A DNA stretch of 63,201 nucleotides, filler included. It is 9 parts of 9 records of this genome, joined end to end, with 100 filler letters (N's around TTAATTAATTAA, not from the genome) between each part and the next. Parts side by side here need not be neighbours in the genome. Positions count along the whole stretch, not along the records: positions 1 to 5,771 come from SRR2962707_3752; positions 5,872 to 11,590 come from SRR2962707_3756; 7 more parts are not named here. The stretch is one strand, 5' to 3'. Shown one piece after another: positions 1-9,004 of this stretch. The notes under the pieces are model-generated. The model searched no databases. It was given only the letters and a program-made list of their open reading frames with translations, and was not told the DNA's origin. The position numbers were made by a program, and so were the translations under genes. Each line of letters opens with the position of its first letter. Position 1 is the stretch's first letter.

Positions 1-1
1 A

Positions 2-223
2 GCCAAACATGACCTGAACTTCATTCTCGCCTCTGACGAGAATGGCACCACCTGCGAAGACTACGGTGTCTGGAAGGAAAAAAGCATGTATGGCAGGAAA
101 TTCATGGGCATTGAACGAACCACCTTTGTCATTGATGCTCAAGGGACAATCCGTAATGCGTGGCACAAGGTCAAAGTCAAAGGCCACGTCGCCGAGGTTC
201 TTGAAGCCGTCCGCGCCCTTTAA
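2..223 (+). CDS. bcp: Peroxiredoxin BCP/PrxQ, 5'-truncated at window edge
   Basis: Manual translation: AKHDLNFILASDENG...YGVWKEKSMYGRKFMGIERTTFVIDAQG...WHKVKVKGHVAEVLEAVRAL*, a typical BCP C-terminus. Not in the ORF track. Confidence 0.9.
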   Translation, partial: AKHDLNFILASDENGTTCEDYGVWKEKSMYGRKFMGIERTTFVIDAQGTIRNAWHKVKVKGHVAEVLEAVRAL

Positions 224-242
224 AATCTGCGCCATGATACGT

Positions 243-279
243 AAAGACCCGACAATCATCCTGTCGGGCCTTTTTTTAT
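243..279 (+). terminator. Rho-independent terminator after bcp
   Basis: Hairpin cccgaca-atcatcc-tgtcggg followed by a T7 tract. Confidence 0.8.
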
Positions 280-448
280 TCGATCTTAAAATGCTTTAAG
301 TTCAATGTCGTGACCGATGAGGCCCATATTGATTTGGTTGCCTTACCTTGTTTCTCAGGCTAAGAATTTGAATATGGGAATATAGGTGAGCATAAATTTC
401 ACCTATCAGGAGAAAACAAACCGGTTCACCGGCAAGGCGGGTAATTCA

Positions 449-1219
449 ATGAACAAGAATGTTGTCGATCTTGACGATCAGATGCTTGCAGACTTTCGTG
501 ATGAAGCCCACGACATCATTAATTCGATTGATGTCCATTTGCAGAATGCACGTGGCAAGGCCGACCCCATCCACCTGACAGCCATTCAACGCGAAGTTTT
601 CAATTTGCGGTACAAAGGCAAATCGGTCGCCGCCCCGCTGATCAACCTGACCAGTCATCGCCTTGCAGATTATGTCACGACCTGTAAGGAACTCAATGAA
701 GGTGCTGTCGAAGACATTCAGGCCTTTGTCGATAAAATCCAGACCCTTCTTGACGGTGACATGACCGCAGGCGGCACCGATACTGCCGAGTTCGTCCGCG
801 AATTGCCCTCAAAACGCACACCCGACATTGATCCCAACTGGCTCAAACAAACCAATGTGGAGGCCCTTTTGGTCATTCCGCAACGTTCAATGGCGGTTAT
901 TGTTGAACGTGAACTGGCTGCTTGCGGATATCGCAGTTCCGTGACCCAGACATCGTTTGAGGCCATCGAACTTGCGGTACGCACCCGCCCAGATTTCATT
1001 ATTGTCGCCAAGACCATCGATGAACTCAGCGGCGTTGATCTTGCCAATGCGCTGCAGGCCATGCCCAAAACGCGCAACATCCCGACGGCGGTTCTGACAT
1101 CGGATGCGCCGAACCATCCGTCTTTGCAGGACCTGCCGTGCCGAACTGCGATCATCCGCAAGGGGAACTCGTTTGGCGAAGATCTGGCAGAAGCCCTTGC
1201 GCGCTTTAACATCACCTGA
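449..1219 (+). CDS. Hpt-like plus receiver-domain protein, both domains degenerate
   Basis: N-terminal helical Hpt-like region (MLADFRDEAHDII...AIQREVFNLRYKG). C-terminal REC fold (RELAACGY...EAIELAVRTRPDFIIVA...LSGVDL...TRNIPTAVLTS). The ORF track starts at GTG 386; ATG 449 is more likely. Confidence 0.75.
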   Translation: MNKNVVDLDDQMLADFRDEAHDIINSIDVHLQNARGKADPIHLTAIQREVFNLRYKGKSVAAPLINLTSHRLADYVTTCKELNEGAVEDIQAFVDKIQTLLDGDMTAGGTDTAEFVRELPSKRTPDIDPNWLKQTNVEALLVIPQRSMAVIVERELAACGYRSSVTQTSFEAIELAVRTRPDFIIVAKTIDELSGVDLANALQAMPKTRNIPTAVLTSDAPNHPSLQDLPCRTAIIRKGNSFGEDLAEALARFNIT

Positions 1220-1249
1220 TCAAACGATCAGATGATCATCCATCTTTAC

Positions 1250-1286
1250 GGGCGTTCCGGCATTGTCGTGCTGGACGCCCTTTTTC
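1250..1286 (+). terminator. Rho-independent terminator
   Basis: gggcgttccggca-ttgtcg-tgctggacgccc followed by ttttt. Confidence 0.7.
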
Positions 1287-1355
1287 TTTGCCCATTGACC
1301 AGACGTCTGGCAAGTGTCAGACACAGCGTGGCCTTAACTCCTGCACCAGTTCCGG

Positions 1356-2186
1356 ATGATCATGACCAAACTGACCCTCGCCGAAGCCGCCAAGCGTGCC
1401 CTGCTCACTGCAGATGCCATCGAGAAGGCCAATGTAACCGCTGAAATGGCTGCAATGTGGCGTAGTGGCGAGATCACGGAAGTTGGTTCAACTGATCTCC
1501 CCGATCGTCCAGGACGCCCGACAAAGCCGGAACTGCTGCCACCAAACAAAATGCCCAAACGCAAAAAAGGCAGTGTTCAGGGACGTATCAGCCTTTTGCA
1601 TGCCTTAGCCCATATTGAACTCAATGCCATTGATCTGGCATGGGATTTATGCGTGCGCTTTCCCGATGCAGAGATGCCAAAACACTTCCATGATGCGTGG
1701 GTTCAGGTCGCCGATGACGAAGCCCGTCATTTTAAAATGATCGTTACACGACTGGGCGAAATGGGGGCGGCCTATGGCGACCTTCCGGCTCATGACGGGT
1801 TGTGGGAAACATCGATGGATACGGCCTATGACATTTTGCCACGTCTGGCGGTGGTGCCGATGGTGTTTGAGGCACGCGGGCTTGATGCCGCCCCGCCGAC
1901 CATTGAACGGTTAATGGCCCACGGGGACACAGAAAGTGCCCGTATTCTCGAAATCATCGCCCATGATGAAATCGCCCACGTCGCAGCAGGACGGAAATAT
2001 TACGAATATGTCTGCGATCAGCGCGGTCTTCCGTACTACACAACCTGGCATGACATGCTGCGCAAGCATTTCCGTGGATCGTTAAAGCCCCCCTTTAACG
2101 ACGAAGCCCGTTACGAAGCCGGCATGCCACCTGATTATTATCAGGACTATGTGCTTGAACTGCCTGATATCGGTTATGACGCCTGA
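1356..2186 (+). CDS. Ferritin-like DUF455 family protein
   Basis: Di-iron-type motifs LLHALAHIELNAIDLAWD, DEARHF, EARGLD, DEIAHV. Confidence 0.9.
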   Translation: MIMTKLTLAEAAKRALLTADAIEKANVTAEMAAMWRSGEITEVGSTDLPDRPGRPTKPELLPPNKMPKRKKGSVQGRISLLHALAHIELNAIDLAWDLCVRFPDAEMPKHFHDAWVQVADDEARHFKMIVTRLGEMGAAYGDLPAHDGLWETSMDTAYDILPRLAVVPMVFEARGLDAAPPTIERLMAHGDTESARILEIIAHDEIAHVAAGRKYYEYVCDQRGLPYYTTWHDMLRKHFRGSLKPPFNDEARYEAGMPPDYYQDYVLELPDIGYDA

Positions 2187-2205
2187 TTGATCTTTTCCGG
2201 CAAGA

Positions 2206-2262
2206 TTGATTCAAAGCAAGGCTTTCAAACGCCCATCGCCCTATTCTTTTGACGCGAATTAA
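2206..2262 (+). promoter_or_regulatory. FNR/FixK-type class II promoter of adhP
   Basis: TTGAT-TCAA-AGCAA (2206-2219), -10-like TATTCT (2242-2247) and a second box TTGAC-GCGA-ATTAA (2249-2262). Confidence 0.6.
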
Positions 2263-2309
2263 ACAGACCCAAGCAAACGGGTCTTTTCCTTCCGTCAGGA
2301 GGTCCAAAC

Positions 2310-3335
2310 ATGCCTGCCACGATGAAAGCTGCCTTAGTCCGCGAATTTGGCAAACCCTTGTCGATCGAAGAAGTCACAGTGCCCAAAGTCACACCGGGCA
2401 AGATCCTTGTAAAAATCGAAGCGTCGGGCGTGTGTCACACCGACCTGCACGCCGCTGAAGGCGACTGGCCGGTAAAACCCAATCCGCCGTTTATCCCCGG
2501 CCACGAAGGTGTCGGGATTGTTTTCGAAGTTGGCGACGGTGTCACATCCGTCAAGGAAGGCGACCGTGTAGGCGTGCCGTGGCTGCATTCGGCCTGTGGT
2601 CATTGTCATCACTGCGTTACCGGCTGGGAAACCCTTTGCGGTGAACAAATCAATACCGGCTATTCGGTCAATGGCGGTTTTGCTGAATATGTTCTGGCCG
2701 ATCCGAACTATGTCGGACATCTGCCGGACCGGCTTGAATTTGGCAATGCAGCACCTGTGCTATGTGCCGGTGTCACGGTCTATAAGGGGCTTAAGGAAAC
2801 CGAATGCAAACCGGGTGAAACGGTGGTCATTTCCGGTATCGGCGGCTTGGGCCATATGGCCGTGCAATACGCCAAGGCCATGGGCATGAAGGTCATTGCA
2901 GTTGATATCAGTGACGATAAGCTGACCTTGGCCAAGGATCTTGGCGCAGACTGGACGCTGAACGCCAAGGAAACCGATGTGGTTGCCGAAGTCCAAAAAC
3001 AAATGGGGGGAGCCAACGGGGTACTGGTCACAGCCGTTTCCAAATCCGCCTTTTCCCAAGGGGTTGGCATGCTGGGCCGTCATGGCACCATGGCGCTATG
3101 TGGATTGCCGCCCGGAAAATTCGAACTTGATATTTTCGATACAGTTCTATCGCGCAAAACCATCCGTGGGTCGATTGTCGGCACCCGCGCGGACCTTCAG
3201 GAAGCGCTTGATTTTGCGGGCGATGGCAAGGTGCATTCGCATTACACCACCGAACCGATGGAAAACATCAATTCGATTTTTGACCGCATGCGCAAAGGCA
3301 AAATCGATGGCCGTATCGTGATGTCGATCTCATAA
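2310..3335 (+). CDS. adhP: Zn-dependent alcohol dehydrogenase AdhP
   Basis: GVCHTDLH, GHEGVG, structural Zn CGHCHHC...C, GIGGLG; RBS aggagg upstream. Confidence 0.95.
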   Translation: MPATMKAALVREFGKPLSIEEVTVPKVTPGKILVKIEASGVCHTDLHAAEGDWPVKPNPPFIPGHEGVGIVFEVGDGVTSVKEGDRVGVPWLHSACGHCHHCVTGWETLCGEQINTGYSVNGGFAEYVLADPNYVGHLPDRLEFGNAAPVLCAGVTVYKGLKETECKPGETVVISGIGGLGHMAVQYAKAMGMKVIAVDISDDKLTLAKDLGADWTLNAKETDVVAEVQKQMGGANGVLVTAVSKSAFSQGVGMLGRHGTMALCGLPPGKFELDIFDTVLSRKTIRGSIVGTRADLQEALDFAGDGKVHSHYTTEPMENINSIFDRMRKGKIDGRIVMSIS

Positions 3336-3346
3336 CGTCATGCCGG

Positions 3347-3378
3347 AAAAAACGGGCAGCCGTCTGGCTGCCCGTTTT
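3347..3378. terminator. Bidirectional terminator between adhP and ogt
   Basis: aaaaaacgggcagcc-gtct-ggctgcccgtttt between convergent genes. Confidence 0.8.
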
Positions 3379-3382
3379 GGCG

Positions 3383-3919
3383 TTAGGCTGCTTTTGCCAA
3401 AATGCTGGCTTCGTACTCCAACAACCACTTCTTGCGCTCCAGCCCACCGGCATAACCGGTCAGGGTGCCGTTTGAGCCAATCACCCGATGACACGGCACA
3501 ATGATCGACACCGGGTTCAAGGCGTTCGCCCGCGCAACTGCCCGTACGGCCTTTGGGTTGCCCAACTGATCGGCCAGCCCGGCATAGGATACGCTTGTGG
3601 CAAACGGGATCGAGATCAGTACATCCCACACGGATTTCTGAAAATCTGTACCGATCATATTGATATCGGCCATCGGCAAAGCTGAGCATTCACCATCAAA
3701 ATACCCCTCCAGCCATCTGATGACGGATGCTGGAACGTTACCGTTTTCAGCCCATTCAAGATTTTTGAAACGGCGGTTCTGAATGGTTTTAAGTCGATCA
3801 TCATTGCCGTCAAAATCCAGATGCACCAGTTTGCCCTCAACACTTGCAAGGCTTAGCATCCCAATCGGGCTGTCATGACGTACGACATTGATTTTGGTGG
3901 TCATGGTTGTTGTCATCAT
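3383..3919 (-). CDS. ogt: Methylated-DNA-protein-cysteine methyltransferase
   Basis: GTDFQKSVW, AVRAVA, active site IVPCHRVIG, GYAGGL. Confidence 0.95.
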   Translation of the reverse strand: MMTTTMTTKINVVRHDSPIGMLSLASVEGKLVHLDFDGNDDRLKTIQNRRFKNLEWAENGNVPASVIRWLEGYFDGECSALPMADINMIGTDFQKSVWDVLISIPFATSVSYAGLADQLGNPKAVRAVARANALNPVSIIVPCHRVIGSNGTLTGYAGGLERKKWLLEYEASILAKAA

Positions 3920-5406
3920 CCTTCTCCTTCAAGGGCAGACCAAAGATATTGCGCCGCATAGGCACGCCATGGCCGCCAGCTTTCCGAAAGTGTTTCGAGT
4001 GCCTTGGCTTTATCCGGCCCTCCGCCCATGGCGGATGCCTTTAAAATTCCAAGGTCGGCGGCCGGGAAGGCATCGGGATCGCCTAAACCCCGCAGGCCAA
4101 AATAATTCAGGGTCCATGGTCCGATCCCGTTGATCGCGGTCATTTCCGTGATCAAGGCATCGCCACTTTTCTGATCGCAATCGGGGGCGGCAAACATATC
4201 AATGACATCCGACACGGTTTGTGCGCGCCGTCGGGTCAACCCAATGCCAATCAAGTCCAATCCCAACAGTCTTTCAGGCTGCGGGAACACGTGGGTAACG
4301 CCGGTATTCTCGGTCAAATCATCCGGCAACGCGTCGCCATATCCCTTTACCAACCGCCCGGCCAGCGTTCGGGCCGCGGCCACCGAAACCTGCTGCCCCA
4401 AAACAGCCCGGATCGCCAATTCAAATTGATCCCAGCATCCGGGCACACGCAGTCCCGGACGTTTATCAATCAACGGGGCAAGCAACGGGTCATTGGCGAA
4501 TTGTGCGGTGATCGACGGGACATCGGCATCAAGATCAAACAGACGTCGTACCCGGGATCCAATTTCAAGAACCGCCCCACGGGCAGGCCCGCGCAAGATC
4601 ACCTCTACCCCGCTGTTATCATTTGGGAAACGACAAATCATCAGACCAATCAAACCGCCAATCCGAAAGCCCCGCACATACGTACGATCGCCAACCGTTT
4701 CCAGACCGGGAATGGCGCGCGCACGGAAAAATGCCAAAAGGTAATTGGCATCAAATGGCTGTCGGGCGCGCAGGCGCAAAACCAGATCATCATCACGGCG
4801 CGCACATGGATCATCTTTTTTCATGCCGGCGAGTGGTGGCGACTTCATGCCCCGGCGAAACGCCGTTGGCGCCTGCCCATAGGCCTTTTTCATCGCATCA
4901 TTAAACCGGCGCAAACTGCCAAACCCGGCAATGTCAGCGATATCTGTCATGGAAAGGTTGCTATCGACAATCAGTTGACGGGCGCGAAGCAATCGGCGCG
5001 CCTTGGCGTGATCTTGCGGGGTAACACCGGTATGTTCCTTGAAAATCCGGCGCAAATGCCTGTCCCCAACGCCCAACCGGTCTGCCAGATCGGCAATCGA
5101 GCCGGTTTCCAGCATGCCCTGATCAATCAGGCGCACCGCGCGCGCGACAGTGGCATGCACCCCGGCACTGGCGGGGCTGCCGGGGGCGGCTTCGGGGCGG
5201 CACCGCAAACACGGGCGGAACCCATGGGCGATTGCGGATTCTGCACTGGGATAAAATTCGACATTCACCCGCTTGGGCGTCACGGCCGGGCAAATCGGGC
5301 GACAGAAAATCCCGGTGGTCAGAACGGCGGTATAAAACCGCCCGTCAAACCGACGGTCCCGGGTTTTGAGTGCTTGATAGCATATGTCATTATTGAGCTG
5401 TTCCAT
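3916..5406 (-). CDS. alkA: Ada Zn-binding/AraC-HTH/AlkA DNA-3-methyladenine glycosylase fusion
   Basis: TGIFCRPICP...GFRPCLRCRPE (Ada N-terminus), AraC HTH (GFGSLRRFN), AlkA_N, RAVLGQQVSV, HhH GIGPWT, DAFPAADLG, WRPWRAYA. Start placed at ATG 5406. Confidence 0.92.
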   Translation of the reverse strand: MEQLNNDICYQALKTRDRRFDGRFYTAVLTTGIFCRPICPAVTPKRVNVEFYPSAESAIAHGFRPCLRCRPEAAPGSPASAGVHATVARAVRLIDQGMLETGSIADLADRLGVGDRHLRRIFKEHTGVTPQDHAKARRLLRARQLIVDSNLSMTDIADIAGFGSLRRFNDAMKKAYGQAPTAFRRGMKSPPLAGMKKDDPCARRDDDLVLRLRARQPFDANYLLAFFRARAIPGLETVGDRTYVRGFRIGGLIGLMICRFPNDNSGVEVILRGPARGAVLEIGSRVRRLFDLDADVPSITAQFANDPLLAPLIDKRPGLRVPGCWDQFELAIRAVLGQQVSVAAARTLAGRLVKGYGDALPDDLTENTGVTHVFPQPERLLGLDLIGIGLTRRRAQTVSDVIDMFAAPDCDQKSGDALITEMTAINGIGPWTLNYFGLRGLGDPDAFPAADLGILKASAMGGGPDKAKALETLSESWRPWRAYAAQYLWSALEGEG

Positions 5407-5454
5407 GCCGCACAGTGTAGCAGAACGCGACAATAAAACTCGCCAGTTTCGGAC
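5407..5454 (-). promoter_or_regulatory. Extended -10 promoter for a probable leaderless ada-alkA-ogt transcript
   Basis: Minus strand reads TG-C-TACACT, then 7 nt, then ATG; no Shine-Dalgarno before the ATG. Confidence 0.5.
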
Positions 5455-5479
5455 TCAGACGTCAAACCGCCAACATGCT

Positions 5480-5770
5480 TTAGTTCAGCGGAATGTCGTT
5501 GTCCGATTTTGTGTCCTGATACTGTGTGGAAAGCTGATCATACTGATCGGAAATGGCCTGCGCACGCGCAAGGTATGCAGCTTGCTGATCTTTGGGCAGC
5601 TCGGCGATCATGCCCATCATAGAATGACTGTCCCAGAACGCGTTTGATTTATTGTATTCACCGTCTTTCAGGGTGAAGACTTCCTGCATGATTTTCAGAT
5701 CATGGGGAATGGCGAACGCATCGCGGGAATCCTCATACGAGAAGAAATAATAGAAATTATCAAACCCGGC
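5480..5770 (-). CDS. Nucleoside deaminase (cytidine/dCMP deaminase family), C-terminal part
   Basis: AGFDNFYYFFSYEDSRDAFAIPHDLKIMQEVF...YNKSNAFW resembles the segment after the PCxxC motif of this family; truncated by the contig end. Confidence 0.7.
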   Translation of the reverse strand, partial: AGFDNFYYFFSYEDSRDAFAIPHDLKIMQEVFTLKDGEYNKSNAFWDSHSMMGMIAELPKDQQAAYLARAQAISDQYDQLSTQYQDTKSDNDIPLN

Positions 5771-5771
5771 C

Positions 5772-5871
5772 NNNNNNNNNNNNNNNNNNNNNNNNNNNNN
5801 NNNNNNNNNNNNNNNTTAATTAATTAANNNNNNNNNNNNNNNNNNNNNNNNNNNNNNNNNNNNNNNNNNNN
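5772..5871. other. Artificial contig spacer
   Basis: 44 N + TTAATTAATTAA (stops in all six frames) + 44 N. Confidence 0.99.
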
Positions 5872-5895
5872 GTGTGTGTGTGTGTGTGTGTGTGT
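5872..5895. repeat. (GT)n microsatellite at contig start
   Basis: gtgtgtgt run. Confidence 0.95.
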
Positions 5896-5941
5896 CTGCG
5901 TTATTTTGTGTCAGCTGAGTGATAAGGAAGCGAGTGACACG

Positions 5942-8879
5942 ATGAGCGACAACGGCGAGCGGCCATTGCTTGAGACCGGAGGAGCAGACTCGGACCCAGA
6001 GGAGCAGTATCCAAGCGACCAGCATTCAGGAGCAGCGCGTTCGGGGCCTGTGTGGGGCCGTGAAATCCAGCTGGAAGAGTCTGCTCAACTGCGTCGTCGA
6101 TGGCCGTGTTGCAAGACCGCCTGTTTTTGGGTCTTGGTGGCATGCACGGTGCTGTTCACAGGCCTGGCGTGCTTCCTCCCTCCGTTTGCCTGGGGCATGT
6201 TTGCGTCGCAAATCAAGCTCGCGTCACGGTTCGATACACCTGAAGCGCAGGGCTACAATGGATGGGTGCGTGTGGATCCATGTGATGTGCTCCTCATCGA
6301 TTGCTTTGTTTGATTCGTGAGTGTTCATGCGGCAATTGTTGACATTGTTGCTGTTTGTGGGCCCTCGGTGCCATTGCTGCCTCCTTGCAGGCGGACAGTG
6401 CTTACGATGCCAACCGCACGTTTTCGATGTACATTTTCGAAGTGCTCAACCCGGAAGGTTTCGTAGAACGAGGCGAGAAACTGAATGTGACAGAGCATGG
6501 CCCATTCGTGTACCGCATGAGGGTGCAAAAGCTGAATGTCACGTACAACTACACTGAAGACACAGCCACATACCGCGAATACACAACCTACGAATTCGAC
6601 TCGGGGGTTCGTGTGTGTGTCATTGGAGCTGTTTTGTGGATGCAACTGCTTGCATTGCTCATTGTTGGTGCTTGCTTGTGGTCACGACTGCATCAGGCAA
6701 CTTTTAAGGAAACAGGAGGCAAATTTGATAGTGACAACAGTACAAAGTTCACTGTGGTTGACAGTTTGTTTTGGGGCGAACGGGCCCAGGTCAGTTTGTG
6801 GTGCCCCTTGAAAAATTTTGCGTCCAGGTCGTGAACTATTGAGTTGGATAGTGTCAGTGCGTATGGTAACATGCCCCTTCGTTTGCGTCCAGGCGGGTGA
6901 GCAAGCATGGTTTGTGCTGAATTTTGCCAAAAGCGACGTTGAAAAAATGTTCACCAAGCTCACAGCCGCTGAGTTGCGGAACGGCTCCGGGCTGTTTCCT
7001 GGTTTGTTCAATGGCCTTTGGAAGCTTGAAAGCTTGGCCTGCATTGCTTTCTCGTTGTCACTAATTCAGAATGAGTGACGGGCCATCATGCACGTGGACA
7101 TTCAGGTTTGCAGCCTGACCTTCCATGGGATGCGCTTGAGCCGTCAACCGTCAAGTTGGGCCTCAAAAACCAATCTGAAATCAGCATGTATACGAAGTGG
7201 CAAGGGCAAGAACAGGTACGACACCTTTTTGAGGCGCTACTTTCCTGCACCTGTTGTTGTGAAAGGGTGTCCGGCTCATCAAACGCTGTCCCTCAATGAA
7301 TGGCGTGCGTTTGCCGCGATAGTTGACAGTAACATGTCCGTGGGGAAAGACGAAGCTTGATGAGGTGTACTGCCCGCAAGGAGAAAGCGCCTACAATAAC
7401 AACAACAGCGGGTCCTGTTGCAATGTCAATGGCGACTTGCCGCCAGTGCCAGTGTGGACGTGGTGAGTGTGGTTCACCCAGAGGACAAACAACAAATTGA
7501 AAATATGCACTTTGTGCTCAGTTGCACCGTTTTTGGTGGCTCAGTTCCACCTGCTATCCCTGCTGTCTTTGATAGGCCTGTCCCTGGAGGACCGTCGACC
7601 CCATCGGGGATCCCGCGCGATGCCGACACAGCCATTCCAAATCAAGTGTACGGCACAGACGGCAATCAATTCGCTTTTCCTGATCCTGGTGACCGAATTA
7701 CCATTTTTGCCGATCCTTTGAATCGCCATGTCGAAATGGCTCGCGTTGAAGTAAGTTGGTGCTGAAGTCATCTGAGTGGCGACAATGCGATGTGTCGACT
7801 TTCTTGTCTGAAAAGTCGCTTCATTGATGCAGGTTGGAAACACAAGCTATGTCGAGGGAATTGCTCTCGATCGATACGAAATCCCCGCTGGCTCGGCGGG
7901 AACGCAAAATTCCTCCACGGAACCATACAATGCTGCGTGCGTTTCGTGATCAGACCACATCACCTGTTTAAGTTTTGCGCTGCGTTGACAAATGCGCGCA
8001 TTGAGTCACGGCTTCTATCTGTATGATTCTCTTGCGTGCAGGTATTACATGGGAGGTCCACGCGGAGTCCAAAATGGCAGCACTGTGCAGCAAGGGGCGC
8101 CCATATACATCACGTGCCCTCACTTTTGGGACACCGGCACTGAAGCTGCGGATCGCGTTGTGGGACTCACGCCTGATCAGGCAAAGCACCAAACTTTTCT
8201 CGGTTCGCTGGTGTATTCATTTTATTTTTCCCATGTGCACAGTGTGTGCGCATGCGTGGTGTGCGGCAGCATGCAATTAAGTGGCGTTTTGCTTGCGGAA
8301 ACGCCTTGGTTGCCCCTCTGCTCAACGCTGCAACTTTAGGCGTAGAACCGTACTCTGGAACGACTTACTACAGTCACCAACGAATTCAAATCAACATTCA
8401 GGTTGCACGGCAAGACTGGAAAGAAGGTATTGTGCTCCTTGATTTGATCAAGCAAATCTCAAATCCTCGTGTCTGGCCATTTGGACGTCGGTGGCTGACT
8501 GGATACATTCGTGGTCTGAAAATGTGGTCATGCTGTTGAATTTACATGTTAGCAAAACCATGGTTTGCCAACATGATGCCTGGTGACACCTACGTGCCAT
8601 TGGCCTGGTTTGACGAGAAAGGACGTATTCAGTCATCTTTTGCCAACGAATTCAAGGATGGTTGGTGAAACACAACTTTTGCTCTGGTCAAAATGTGTTG
8701 TTTAAAAGCACCCATCCAACGTGCGAGTGCGATGTGCCTTACTTGTCGCAGGCTTGGCGCTAGTTCGGGGCATTGCATACTATGGAGGAGGCGGTTGTGG
8801 AGGCATTGCACTGATATGCGTTGCGGGTGCCGTAGTGCTGGAAGTGCAAAGACGTCGGTTTATCAGCACACGCACCTAG
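5942..8879 (+). CDS. Multi-exon CD36/LIMP-2 (scavenger receptor class B) family protein
   Basis: N-terminal TM; exons encode YIFEVLNPEGFVERGEKLNVTEHGPFVYR, GTDGNQF, APIYITCPHFW, GLTPDQAKHQTFL, VEPYSGTTYYSHQRIQINIQV; C-terminal TM ending RRRFISTRT*; GT-AG introns. Confidence 0.88.
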
Positions 8880-9004
8880 GCAGCTGACCATCAATGTGGA
8901 CCACGAGTACGTGCAGCCGTAGCCTGCAAGTCTAGTCGCGGCCATTTGCTTCAAATATCATGTTGACGGAATAAATAATACGTCACGAATTGCTTGGATA
9001 CATT

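Noticed and set aside
42-299. 85-aa ORF in the track
   Set aside because: Wrong frame; the real gene is bcp (2-223), and this ORF runs through its terminator
4219-5436. 405-aa plus-strand ORF
   Set aside because: Antisense shadow of ada-alkA with no recognisable motifs
5816-5827. Recurring TTAATTAATTAA palindrome as a biological repeat or CRISPR-like array
   Set aside because: It is always centred in exactly 100 nt of spacer and is a synthetic six-frame stop linker
5480-6313. Bacterium-to-eukaryote integration junctions here and at other linkers
   Set aside because: The adjacency is created by concatenation; no real sequence joins the contigs
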